A stretch of DNA of 64,000 nucleotides from Selaginella moellendorffii (taxonomy: Eukaryota > Plantae > Lycopodiophyta): contig NW_003314334.1 of NCBI RefSeq assembly GCF_000143415.4, positions 261,816 to 325,815 on the forward strand. Reading direction: 5' to 3'. Position 1 is the stretch's first letter. Each line of letters opens with the position of its first letter. Under the pieces are notes generated by a model, which was not told the DNA's origin, made no database searches, and saw only the letters and a list, made by a program, of their open reading frames with translations. A program made the translations under genes and the position numbers. Below are positions 23,944 through 35,800 of the stretch, in pieces.

Positions 23944-24429
23944 AAAAATATCAATTTGCAAAGTTGAGCAAGTGGCATATGTTGGGACCCGAAGGCGCGC
24001 CAAAGGTAAGCTAATTAGCATAGGTTGGATAGGTCGACCAGGCGTAGGGCACTACGCCCGACTCCCCGCGGGGATGTCGAATTCGTAGACGTATTCTACG
24101 GAGGTTGGGTTTGAGTCCCAACCCCCTAGTAAAGCAAGGCTGGGTTCAAGTCCCGACCCCATACTAGGGCGTGGTGAGGTGAGGAGTATAGGGACACCTA
24201 TATTCCGTTGTCATGGGCTTTTGGCCGGGGAGGCTAACTTAGGCACACCGCTAAGTGGGGGGATGCCCCCGGAGACATGGTCAACAAGTCGTAGGATAAA
24301 ACGAGACGTTCGATGTGGGCATCGAACTTCTTCTATGGGTGGTGGAGTTGTAAGGAACCGACTCCCCGAGATGTCGTAGGCTAAAGGATCCCCAAAAGCT
24401 TGACCGAAATGACAAAGAGTTCATCGAAT

Positions 24430-24705
24430 GGGACCAAGTCGAGGATCGAGTCCAAGACCGACTCTAGGACCGAGTTCGAGATAGAGTCCGGAATCGAGTC
24501 CGAGACCGACTCGGGGACCGAGTTCGAGACCGAGTTCGAGACCGAGTTCGAGACGGAGTCCGAGATCCGAAATCAGGTCCGAGACCGAGTCCGAGGTCGA
24601 GTCCGAGGTCGGGTCCGAGATCGGGTCCGAGATCGAGTCCGAGATCGAGTTCGAGACCGAATCCGAAGTCGGATCCGAAATCGGGTCTGAGATCGAGCCA
24701 GAGAC
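24430..24705. repeat. Degenerate CpG-rich hexamer array (CCGAGT/TCGAGA/CCGAGA) in the LTR; second copy 30395-30670
   Basis: Directly visible tandem hexamers. Confidence 0.9.
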
Positions 24706-24717
24706 TAAGTCCAAATA

Positions 24718-25274
24718 TGTAGCGCATGTGATCATGGGATGAGATTTGGATATACTGTCACCGTGGATCCTTGGAACCTTGGGAGATAAATGGGGATAAA
24801 ATAGCCACTAAGGGCTCTCTCATCAAGCAATTGCCCCTTTTCCAGTTGGCTTAAGGGGAGAGAGATAAGGTGCGCTACAGTTGGTATCGGAGCAAATGGC
24901 ACGGGTTCGATTCCCATTGATTAGTGGCTACTTAAAAAGTATAATATACCCTTGAGCAAGGTATATTCCTACCCCTAAAATTTGAAATCGAACGTATTGG
25001 GCTTCCATGCGTACGTCCTTCCTCTTGTGTGGAGTATCCACGGACGAAGGTATCCACCGTGGGACTGCGGTACGGGTGGATGACTAGTTGCCTCACATGG
25101 AATCATTAGTCTACAAAATGGAAGGATTGGTAGATTGAGTGCGGAAATGGAGGTGTTGGTTCCCCTTGGCTCAGTAGGGGTTGTTAGTCAATAGTCAATG
25201 AGGACATTGACATCTCTAAAGGGGGGGTGAGTGTAGCGCATGTGATCATGGGATAAGTTTTGGATATACTGTGA
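24718..25274 (+). mobile_element. TRIM (miniature LTR element) nested in the Gypsy LTR
   Basis: 162-bp LTR 24718-24879 (TGTAGCGCA...TGCGCTACA), PBS tggtatcggagc 24882-24893, PPT aaagggggggtgag 25218-25231, truncated 3' LTR from 25232. Confidence 0.85.
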
Positions 25275-25604
25275 TAGGCTTGGTGTGCTTGGCTGCTTGT
25301 GCTTGCGGGGAGTGTAGCCGAACCTTAAGTCCCGTCTAACCCGGGGAGGGGGATTGGGAGAGATTTGGGAATCCGTAGATGGATGGCTAACACTCCGTTG
25401 CTCGTGTAGTGAGTAGCTGAAACCAAGTAGGACCAAGTACCATAGGCGAGAACCTTGGCGAGGGAACTTAGCACAAGCCAAGGCAGAGTTGGTCGGATAG
25501 CCGAGGTAAGCTGGCAAATTGGAAAGGAAAAATTTGTGGCTTACAATTTGGTATCGGAGCCTCTTCCTCAGTTCTAGCGAAGGATAGAGGCGGATTGCTG
25601 GGAG

Positions 25605-26480
25605 ATGGCAAGGGCAGGACGTAAGCGAACCCAGGCGGAGACGGAACCTCCTCCAGAGCTGGAGCCTCCGGTCGAACAGGAGGCTATGGATGAGGAATCG
25701 TTGCATGAGGAGGACTCCAGTGAGGCAACTTCCAAACAGGAGTCCGGTGGTGAGGTTCGATCGTCCAAGGCTCGATTGGACGTTCTAGAAGGACAATTGG
25801 CACAGACCAATGCCCTGCTAGAGACTCTCGTACGCAAGCTAAAGCGTGATGAGAAGCGGAAGAAAAAGTGAAAGACTGCGGATGCTGGCAGCGCAGAAGG
25901 TGCGGACCCTTCGGCAGGGATTGAGGCAAAAACAGACAAGGTCGAACAGACCGAAGTGGAATCAGTCCCTCAGGCAGTTCCCAAGTACAAACCGAAGCCC
26001 CCACCGGTCTTCAAGGGAGTGAACGACTATAAGGTGGTGGAGGATTGGTTTTACGATATGGAGGACTACTTCTGAGCGTTGCGATTACCGAGCTCGGAGA
26101 AGGTCCCATATGCTAAACCATACTTGGCAGATAATGCCAAGTCTTGGTGGAGAACAACGGAGGCCAACGAAGGACCGGTGGCCACTTGGGAAATGATGAA
26201 GGCGAGGATCCGCGCAACTTACGTTCCTCCGAATGCTACTCTGCACCTAAGGGACGAGCTGAGTAGGCTGAAGCAGACCGGAACCATTCAGGAGTATGTG
26301 AATGGGTTTATGGCAAAGAGGATACTTGTCACGGACATGGGGGATATGGATGCGTTACATGCCTTCATATCAGGTTTGCAAACCTGGGCTCGCGGCGAAG
26401 TAATGCGATGGAACCTGACCAACTATAAGGAAGCGTTGGATGCGGCCATCAAGGTGCATTTCAACAATAACCTCGGATAA
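25605..26480 (+). pseudogene. Gypsy gag with two in-frame TGA stops
   Basis: KPKPPPVFKG..VEDWFYDMEDYF, AKSWW..TWEMMK, LKQTGTIQEY, FISGL. Confidence 0.85.
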
Positions 26481-29400
26481 TTTTGTGGCTGCAGACATAG
26501 TCCGGCAAGCCGGACTAACGGTGCAGCGGCTAGGCAAACCAAGGACTATAGAGTTTGTTCAAGGTAGCCAAAGCACCGATGAGGTACTTCGACAAGCGAG
26601 AGTCGAAGTGGGGACTTGGAAGGTGGACATGGATTTCACCGTGTTGGACATGGTGGGATTTGACGTGATCTTCAGAATGGACTGGTTCAATCGATTCGTG
26701 GTAGCCCTGCATGGACAAGGTAGAAACCTTGTGGTACTGGCGAATGCCCAAGGAAGAAGATCTAGGGTGGAGGCCCAAGATCTAAAGGTAGGGCAAAGCA
26801 AGGCCAAAGATTCCTGCTTAAACTTGGTGTCCACGAGAGGACAACTCACTAAAGGAACTAAGGCGGCCTTTTTGTGCTTACTCTCGGTGAAGAGTGACAA
26901 AAAGACAGGAATGGAAGAAGTACCTTTAGTGATCCAGCGGGTGTTGGACTAATTCCAGGATACCATGCCGGAGGAGCTACCGGCGGGGCTACCCCTAGCA
27001 CGACCGATAGAACATAAGATTGAGCTGGTCGAGGGTGCTGAGGCAGTGGTTCGTCCCCCTTATCGTTTGAACGAAAAGGAACTCAAGGAGCTCAAGTGCC
27101 AACTAGAGGAGTTGGTGGACAAAGGGTATGTTAGGTTGAGCAAGTCGCCGTATGGGGCGCCGGTGTTATTTGTGAAAAAAAAAGATGGATCTATGCGCAT
27201 GTGCATAGACTACCGGTTGCTCAACAAGTATACAAAGAAGAACAAGTACCCTTTGCCAAGGATTGAGGACCTGTTCGATAGGTTGGGAAAGGCAAAATAC
27301 TTCTCGAGGATTAACCTAAGGTCAGGATACTACCAGATCAAGGTAGCCGAGGAAGATGTCGAGAAGACAACCTGTCGAACGAGGTATGGGAGCTTTGAGT
27401 TTCTGGTAATGCCCTTCGGGCTATGTAATGCGCCGGCAACGTTTTCGGCGCTAATGAACCACATCTTTGTACCCTATCTGGATCACTTCGTGGTCGTCTA
27501 TATCGACGACATCCTGATCTATAGCGAGACGCTAGAGGAGCATGTCGAACACTTGGCGAAGGTGTTTGAGAAACTAAGGGAACACAAGCTGTATGCTAAA
27601 GAGAGCAAATGTGACTTTGCTCAACAAGAGGTAAAGTTTCTCGGGCATGTGGTGGGCCAGGACGGGCTCAAGGTGGACCTGGAGAAGGTCCAAGCGATCC
27701 AGGAATGGGAGCGACCATCCAATGTACACGAGTTGAGGGCATTCCTGGGGCTATGCAACTACTATCAAAAGTTTATCAGACACTATTCGAGAGTAGCCCT
27801 GCCCTTAATGGACCAAACAGGAAAAGGGAAGATGGTGTGGACAGCGGAATGCGAGGCGGCATTCGTCCACCTCAAGGGGAAGTTGAGGAAGGCTCCCGTA
27901 TTGGCATTACCAGACTTTGGTAAGGACTTTGAGGTAGAAATGAATGCTTTGGACTTTACGTTGGGTGCAGTTTTGAAGCAAGACAACCATCCGGTAGCGT
28001 TCTTCTCGAAGAAGCTGGACAAGGCTCAACGGAAGTGGCCTGCCCACGAGAAGGAATTGTTTGCAGTGGTCAAGGCGCTCAAGGAGTGGCGACACTACCT
28101 TGGGAGACACTTCAAGGTTTACACGGACAATGTGGCAACGAAACACTTCTTGTCACAGCCCGACCTAAGAGGGAAACAAGGTCGGTGGGCCAATGCCTTG
28201 GCCGAGTTTGATTGCGAAATTCTGTACAAGCCTGGGAAGAGCAACATCGTGGCGGATGCGCTAAGTCGAAAAGCAAGCTTGAGGTTGGCAATATCCAGCG
28301 CAACAGCAACCTTCTGGGACGATGTGCGGATAGCATATGAGAACGATGGTCTAGCACAGGAAGTGTTGCTGAGGAATCTAGAGGCGCGGGAAGCTCACCA
28401 GAGAGGTGAGCTGCCAACGGAAGAGAAATCGGGCTATGCGGAACGCAACAGACTCATTTATTACAAGCAAATGAGGGTGTATATTCCAGAAGGGGAACTA
28501 AGGAAGGTGGCCTTAGAAGAGTGTCATGACAGACCTCTTGCGGGACACGGTGGAGTGCCCAAGACGATGGGCTTACTCAAAAGGAAGTACCATTGGCCAG
28601 ATATGGTTAAGGACGTCCAAGACTATGTAAAGACATGTCCAACATGTCAGCAGGTAAAAGCCGTGACTAAGGCTAGTGGGGGCTTGTTGCAAAGCATCTG
28701 AATTCCAGATCGCCCGTGGAAATGTCTTACGATGGACTTCATCACGGGACTCCCCCCAAGCGAGGGGTTTGATGCGATATTTGTGGTGGTGGACCGATTT
28801 TCGAAAATGGCACACTTCATACCCACCACAACGGAGGTGGATGCGGAAGGTGTGGCAAAGCTGTTCTTCGAACAAGTGGTTCGAGTGCGGGGAAGACCGG
28901 AAGAGATCATCTCAGATCGAGATAAGATCTTCACTAGTAGGTTCTGGAGGACTCTCCTAGAACAGTATCGCACCAAGTTGAAATTCAGCACAGCCTATCA
29001 CCCACAGACAGGTATGGGGTATTGAGTCAAGTTGTTGGCACTAACACTTCTTGACAGACGGACAAACGGAAAGGGTGAATAGGCAGCTGGAGGATTATTT
29101 GCGATGCTATGTCTCGGGAGACCAGACCGATTGTGTAAGTCATTTGGGACTTGCAGAAATGTGTTATAACAACTCACCACATTCGAGTATCGGGGTGAGT
29201 CTATGGGAAGTCATCAATGGGCGAGCTATTGAAGGTCCTGTGGAACTCGGCGTGGCCGAGTATCATGGAGAGTTGCCCGCAGTGGAGGCATTCACGGCGG
29301 AAAGACTCAGCATTTGGAATCTAGTGAGGGATTCTTTGGAATGGGCTCAACAAAGGCAAACCAAATACGCGAACCAGAAGCGTCGGGATGTAGAGTTCCA

Positions 29401-29907
29401 AGCTGGGGAGAAGGTGTGGCTGAACACCAAGAACCTCAGACTACCAAGTGGGATCAGCCGAAAGTTGACCCAAAGGTAAAGATGCATGTATTCCTGTAAA
29501 TGAATTGATCTTGAGTTCCTTAAGCAGGTTCACGGGGCTTTACGAGATTGAGGCACGAATCGGTAAAGTGGCTTACCGACTCCAACTTCCTCGAGAGATG
29601 GGGAAGATGCACCCAGTGTTCCACGTGAACTTACTCAAGCCGTACTTTGAGGATCCGCTTCGCAAGGACCAAGTGAGACCTTTACCTGAGGTTATCCAAG
29701 GGGAAGAAGAATACGAAGTCGAGGCCATCCTCAATGCGCGCAAGAGCAAGTAACAAGGACACGAGATGAGAGAGTTCCATGTGAAGTGGAAAGGATTTCC
29801 ACACTGCGAAGCAACATGGGAACCGGAGGAGAACCTAGCGAACGCGCGAGATCTAGTGGAGGAATTTCTGCAAGGCAGAACTCTATGTACTTATGCAAAA
29901 TTCAATT
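26470..29907 (+). pseudogene. Gypsy pol (protease remnant, RT, RNase H, integrase, chromodomain), with introns 29012-29057 and 29476-29527
   Basis: [60 protein letters not shown]. Stops at ~26950, 28699 (CGA>TGA relative to copy 1) and 29751. The protease catalytic DSG is missing. Confidence 0.92.
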
Positions 29908-30980
29908 AAAAATATCAATTTGCAAAGTTGAGCAAGTGGCATATGTTGGGACCCGAAGGCGCGCCAAAGGTAAGCTAATTAGCATGGGTTGGATAGGTCG
30001 ACTAGGCGTAGGGCACTACGCCCGACTCCCCGTGGGGATGTCGAATCCGTAGACATATTCTACGGAGGTTGGGTTTGAGTCCCAACCCCCTAGTAAAGCA
30101 AGGCTAGGTTCAAGTCCCGACCCCATACTAGGGCGTGGTGAGGTGAGGAGTATAGGGACACCTATATTCCGTTGTCATGGGCTCTTGGCCGGGGAGGCTA
30201 ACTTAGGCACACCGCTAAGTGGGGGGATGCCCCCGGAGACATGGTCAACAAGTCGTAGGATAAAACGAGATGTTTGATGTGGGCATCGAACTTCTTCTAT
30301 GGGTGGTGGAGTTGTAAGGAACCGACTCCCCGAGATGTCATAGGCTAAAGGATCCCCAAAAGCTTGACCGAAATGACAAAGAGTTCATCGAATGGGACCA
30401 AGTCGAGGATCGAGTCCAAGACTGACTTTAGGACCGAGTTCGAGATAGAGTCCGGAATCGAGTCCGAGACCGACTCGGGGACCGAGTTCGAGTCCGAGTT
30501 CGAGACCGAGTTCGAGACGGAGTCCGAGATCCGAAATCGGGTCCGAGACCGAGTCTGAGGTCGAGTCCGAGGTCGGGTCCGAGATCAGGTCCGAGATCGA
30601 GTCCGAGATCGAGTTCGAGACCGAATCCGAAGTCGGATCCGAAATCGGGTCTAAGATCGAGCCAGAGACTAAGTCCAAATAGCCCCTTGAGTCCGCGATT
30701 GTATGCTCAACAAAGAAGAGATGGTTAACGAACAAAGGTTAAACTCTTTTTTTTTAATCTTCCCTTTGCTTAATAAGAATACGTATATTTATACTGTCGT
30801 TTTAAACATCGTATGTACATAATCATAACGGCGGCAGCGGCGGTGGTGCCTTCGGGTAATACAGTAGCTTCTCCAGCCGCAGCACTACGCCGCAGTGGTA
30901 AGGCAGCACTGGATGCCGGTGGAGATACATGGGACTGATGGTCAGCCACGAGAGGCCATAAAATTCCGCTCCAAGTTGCT

Positions 30981-31633
30981 CTAGAACGTAGCGGATTTGC
31001 AGCTTGATGCCGCTGCTGCTCCCTGGCTTCCCTGTGCCCACACTGCTGCTACTACCGGCGTTGTCACACAAGCCATTCCCACCCAGACGCATCCCTTGCA
31101 TCTCCTGTCTCGAGCCTTGGAGGAGCCGAAGTGTGCTACGAGACCGTTCTGGAGTGTCCTCGGCCATTCCTCCTCCATGGAAACATGAACAACCTCGGCT
31201 CGTAGAGCTGTGGTCGGGCCGGAGATGACGTAGCCGGATGCAATGGGAGAGATGGAGCCTCTGCTCTGTATCCACTGTCCAAATGCCGTGGCGTTGGCTA
31301 CGGACCATGTCGAAGCCGCTGGAATAAAGTATCAGTCAGCGAATACGTAAATACGAAAAAAACTTCTAGCTTACCAGTTGATTCGGTCAGGCTCGGCCCC
31401 TGCAATAACTCGTCACCAGACACCGTCCCCAAGGTTACACCGGCCAGCATCCCAGCATGAAAGTTGATCTCCGGCTTTGGGAGTAAACCACGCAAAACAA
31501 AAGAGGCCGAATCACCACGGGCCATGCTCTGGATTCGTCCAGCCAGTGAGGTTGTGTCTTGCTGGGAACTTGTAAAACTCGCGACAATCTGGAGAGAGGG
31601 CTTTGGATTCACCGTCAGAGGCGATAACTTCAT
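30981..31633 (-). CDS. Unknown two-exon protein, X3 (inverted)
   Basis: Reverse complement of 21566-22218. Confidence 0.4.
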
Positions 31634-31849
31634 CCTATGTACGTTCCAAACAGTAAACGTTTTCAAGCATTTAAAAAGCTCGTTCTCTCGTGGGCTGGCA
31701 GGACATATTTCAGATCACATGTACAAGCCAAAGCAATGCCAACGATTGCTATTTTGTTGTAGCCATGGTTTATGGACAGTGCCAAGTACGACATTGGTCC
31801 CATTACACCTACTGTGTTTGGAGGAAATGGCTCACTGTGTTGACATTTT

Positions 31850-32410
31850 CAGTGAAGGTGCATTGGATTTGATGGATTTGATAGATATTCATAAACCAAC
31901 TATTCCAGCTTGCAGGGATTAGGAACTCTCTAACTGCTTCTAGCTTGTTCAGCTCTCCTGAGATTCGGCAGATATTAGTCACCTACAAGGCAGCATTCCT
32001 CTCAGCTTTCCGAGCATACTTCTGTTAAACTCCAACAAACTGGGAGGCCATCTTCTCGGGTGAGCCTTCCAAAAATTTCAGCTCCAATGCGACCAACAAC
32101 AGGTTTGAAGGCAGTGTTCCATCAAGGAACTTTAGCAGCAACCAAACAAGTTGTCTGGGAAGCTACCAACTCAATGTGAACCACTGTACCAACACCAATA
32201 TGAGAATTGAAGAAACTCTTTGCGTCGAGTCCTTGTTATTGATCATGCTTGGGTTCAATGGTTGACTCTTCCCCATGGCCTGGTTCAATTAAAGTTTGCA
32301 TTGTTAGTGCAAAATGGTCCTGGGATCCAAACTTTCAGCCAGCTGGAGGGATGGATGCTGTTGGAAAATGGCTGGACAGGCAGGACCTCCTACACCGGTG
32401 CCAGGTGCTC
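31850..32410 (+). pseudogene. LRR relic (X3)
   Basis: Reverse complement of 7700-8260. Confidence 0.45.
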
Positions 32411-32897
32411 TACCAGTGAGCTACCTGCCTTGGTTGTGTGCATATTCAGCTTCGTTCTAACAGATGCTGCCATTTACTCTATTTTATGAGCTCTCAACAC
32501 AGGAGTAATCCAGCTTTCCCTACCTAAGAGCAAAAAATCGATCGGGGTAGCACCCCTGGTACAAGGGTTGCTAGTGGCATATATGTTTTCAATACAGACA
32601 ATATATGTGACAACAGAAAATGAATATAAAAAATCAAAATGGTCGAGACGAGCATTTTTCCAAAATAAATTGCCACCGTATGCAACTTGTTACCCTGCAC
32701 CCTTGCAACCGTGCCTGATCGTTTTTCAGGCCTAGGCTCTCCAGCTTCGGTCCGCTCATTCTATCAAGGGCTGCAATCTCTACGTTTGCTGAACGTGTAT
32801 GTACATTCCCCATGTCCCAATGGGACTAATACAAAAAATGGGCGTGCCGCCCTCTCCATGAGCTACTCTACGTGATCCTCATATGCCGCAGCTAGAC

Positions 32898-35800
32898 CTA
32901 GTCCTGGAGTAGAAGTGGACGTGGTCGTCTCGAGCGAATCATGTCGATGTCCAAGTCTCCCCCACGAGCTGACCTTAGAACAGAGTCTGGGGGGCGCCAT
33001 TGCCAGCGAATCTCGCCACCTCCCAATTTGCCGAAGCATGGGAGCCACCTGGATCTCCACTCCTCGAGCTGCCTCGGTTTCGCCCGCTCTTTCAGGATGG
33101 TGTAGTGAAGACGCACCGCTGCAAGAGTGAGTCTCCACCATGATGCCACCACTGCCGATATTCTCGCTTGTTGCCCATCAAAGCGACAGTGGTTCCGCGC
33201 CTCCCAAAGTGCCTGCAGTCCTGTTGCCCTCCAAATGGACCAGCGCTCTTGGCCCAACGCCTCCCAGATGGACATCCCAACTTCAGCCCCTGTCACGTCC
33301 CACCGGACTCGCATGTTCCATCGGTGCCGTCCGTAGCAGCGAATACGCCTCCAAGCTGGACCAATGGCTGGGCCTCTGGCTCCCTCAAACCAGTGGAGGA
33401 TATCCCCACTCCGAGCCTCGAACTCTGGAATGTCTCCGAGTTCCTGCGTCGCCTTGAAGATCTGTCGCCAAACTTCTCTCGCCACGTCGCATTCCCATAG
33501 GACATGTTGCGCTGTCTCCAACTCGCCACACTCCTTGCACCGTCGGCATGCTTCTTCCTGGAACCGCTGTCCTACCGGCAGCCCGTTATTTGCCACCAAC
33601 CAAGAGGTGGCCTTGACTTTCTCCTGTACCGGTAGTTTCCAGAACGCAAGCGTGTTGCCCACCACCTGATTTGCTTCAACTCCTTGCTTGATCCATTTCT
33701 TCCAGAGCTTGGGGATCTCCCCTCGGGCCTCCTCCCTGCTGGTCAAGAGACCATCCCTTGCTTCCTTGACGCCGAAGGAGAAGAAGCTCCTCGCTCCTCG
33801 TTTCCATGCTGCGGGGTCCCAATCCAGATCCTCGATGAGCTGCTGTCGCCACCATCTAAGAATGCCTTCCCCTTCTAGTGCAGCCAACGATTGAACCACC
33901 ACCGATTGTTTCGGAGCCTGTCGTATTACTCGAATCCTACCCTTGACCTCGTCATCCGTCACCATCGGCATGACCTGTTCGTCCCCTGCTGGCAACAGCA
34001 TGTCGCCTCTCAAGACTCGAAAAGGACGCCCAACATTTTGGTCTGGAGACACAACGAACCATACCTCCACATCCCTGTCCTCCCAAGCTGGTGTTGGGGC
34101 CGTAAACGCCCGTGTCCAGGCCCCCAAGCTAACTCGTTCCCTGTCTGACTCCACGTCCCGTTGCAGAGCCACAAAGTCTCCAGATTTGAGACAACGCCTA
34201 GGCCAGAGCTGCCCCTGCTTCGCCTCACTCACTGCTCTGATAATGCGAAGAAGATCAAGGTGGACTTTCCTCCACCGTCCCGGGTTAAAGACCTGCATAT
34301 GTCTCGTAGTCTTCCTCCTGTCCTTGTCCAGAACCCGCACCAGCTGCTTGAGAGTTCGGAAGCCTGCGCTATGTAGCTTTCTCCAGATTGTGTAGTGGTC
34401 CTCCCTGCCCAGTGTCCTATCGTCCAGTTTGAAGAGGTCGTTGAAGAACAGGGGCTGGTTCAGCCAGTCCTCCGCTCGCCCTGGCAATTCCCTACTGACT
34501 GGAAACGCGCTCCATAACCGGAGAAGCCCCTGGACTAGAGTGCCGCCCTTGACTACTTGCTTCGGCCCCTCGGCAAAGAGCCAACGTGGATCTTCTTCCC
34601 ACGGTCTTGCAGTGTTGTGCTTGGGCCGGATTGCCAACAAGTTCTGCCTAAACATGAGTCTCCAAGGTTGATTACCTGGTTGAAGGCCCATGAGGAGGAT
34701 TTTGTACCGTAGCGCCTTCGCCATGTCACTCGGATCGATTACTCCAAGTCCTCCCAAGACTCGCGGACGTGCTGTAGATTGCCACGCGACCTTGGCCATG
34801 CTCCTCCCTGTGACCAGAGCGCCCCGCCACAAATACTGACGGACCATCGTGCGTACCTTTCTAAGAGTGCGTTCTGGAACAGGCCAGATGGAGAGGTGGT
34901 ACCAGATGCCAGGCAGAATGATGCTCCTAGCGACTACCACTCTCGCTGGCAAGCCGAGTTTCCGGGGAGCCCACTTCTGGATTGACGTTCGTACCCGTCG
35001 GAGCAAGGTGTCATCCTGAAGTGCTGCACTGAACCGAGTACCAACCTGGATCCCCAGGTACCTAGCGTCTTCTCCTGGTTTGAGCCACTGGAAGCCAATG
35101 TCCTGCCCCCAAGATTCGATGCCTGGTCGCCCCCAATTTATGCCCACTGATTTGTTCCAGTTAATTGCTGCACCAGCCGCGAGGTTGAACGTCTCCAGCG
35201 CCTTCTTAGCTGCATCCATGTTCTCCTTAGTCGCAAGTAGGAACAAGGCAGTGTCGTCCGCAAAAGCACCATCAAGGAGTTCCCGAGACACCCTTGTGGT
35301 TCCCGGAAGTTGCTGTCTCGCAGCCGGCAGTGTGAGTCCTTTAATGCGTCCGCCTTCCGCTAGAAACGTACCCAGGGCCTCAGCCACAATCAGAAAAAGA
35401 TAGGGTGCTAGTGGACACCCTTGGCGTACTGAACGTCCCAGCTGGAAACTCGGTCCCGTCTCGCCATTGATTGTGACTCTGCTTGTGGCTCCTCGGTATA
35501 GTAACGAGATCCTAGTGACCATCTCTCTCGGGATGCCGATCGTGTTCATGCACTCCTCTAGGAACCTCCAGTCCACCCGATCGTAGGCCTTCTCGAAGTC
35601 CAAAAGCCATGCTGCAGTTTGTTGGTTAGAGATCTCTGCCCATCTCTGAGCCAGCAGGTACGTCCAGATGTTTTCTGCGATTTGCCGCCCTGGAACAAAC
35701 CCTGTCTGCTGCTCCCGGATGATCAGCGGCATGACAGCTTGGAGCTTGAGGGTCATTGCTTTGGCATAGACCTTGTAGGACGTGTTGAGCATGGTGATTG

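Larger units (their letters stand above)
24349..25545 (+). repeat. Gypsy LTR (TGTAAG...CTTACA) containing a hexamer array and a nested TRIM
   Basis: Preceded by a purine-rich tract (gggtggtggag) and followed by PBS tggtatcggagc (25549-25560, tRNA-iMet type). The 5' part recurs at ~30313-30680. Confidence 0.85.
22598..30680 (+). mobile_element. Tandem Ty3/Gypsy chromovirus LTR retrotransposon (partial copy + shared LTR + near-complete copy + truncated LTR)
   Basis: INT-chromodomain-3'UTR-PPT-LTR occurs twice with a period of ~5942 bp. The left end starts inside the integrase Zn finger; the right end stops inside the LTR. Confidence 0.95.

Noticed and set aside
24430-24705. Repeat array as CRISPR
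   Set aside because: No unique spacers; a simple degenerate tandem repeat in a eukaryotic LTR.
24400-24735. RS/RD-rich ORFs resembling SR proteins (also 30364-30735)
   Set aside because: They are translations of the hexamer array in the LTR.
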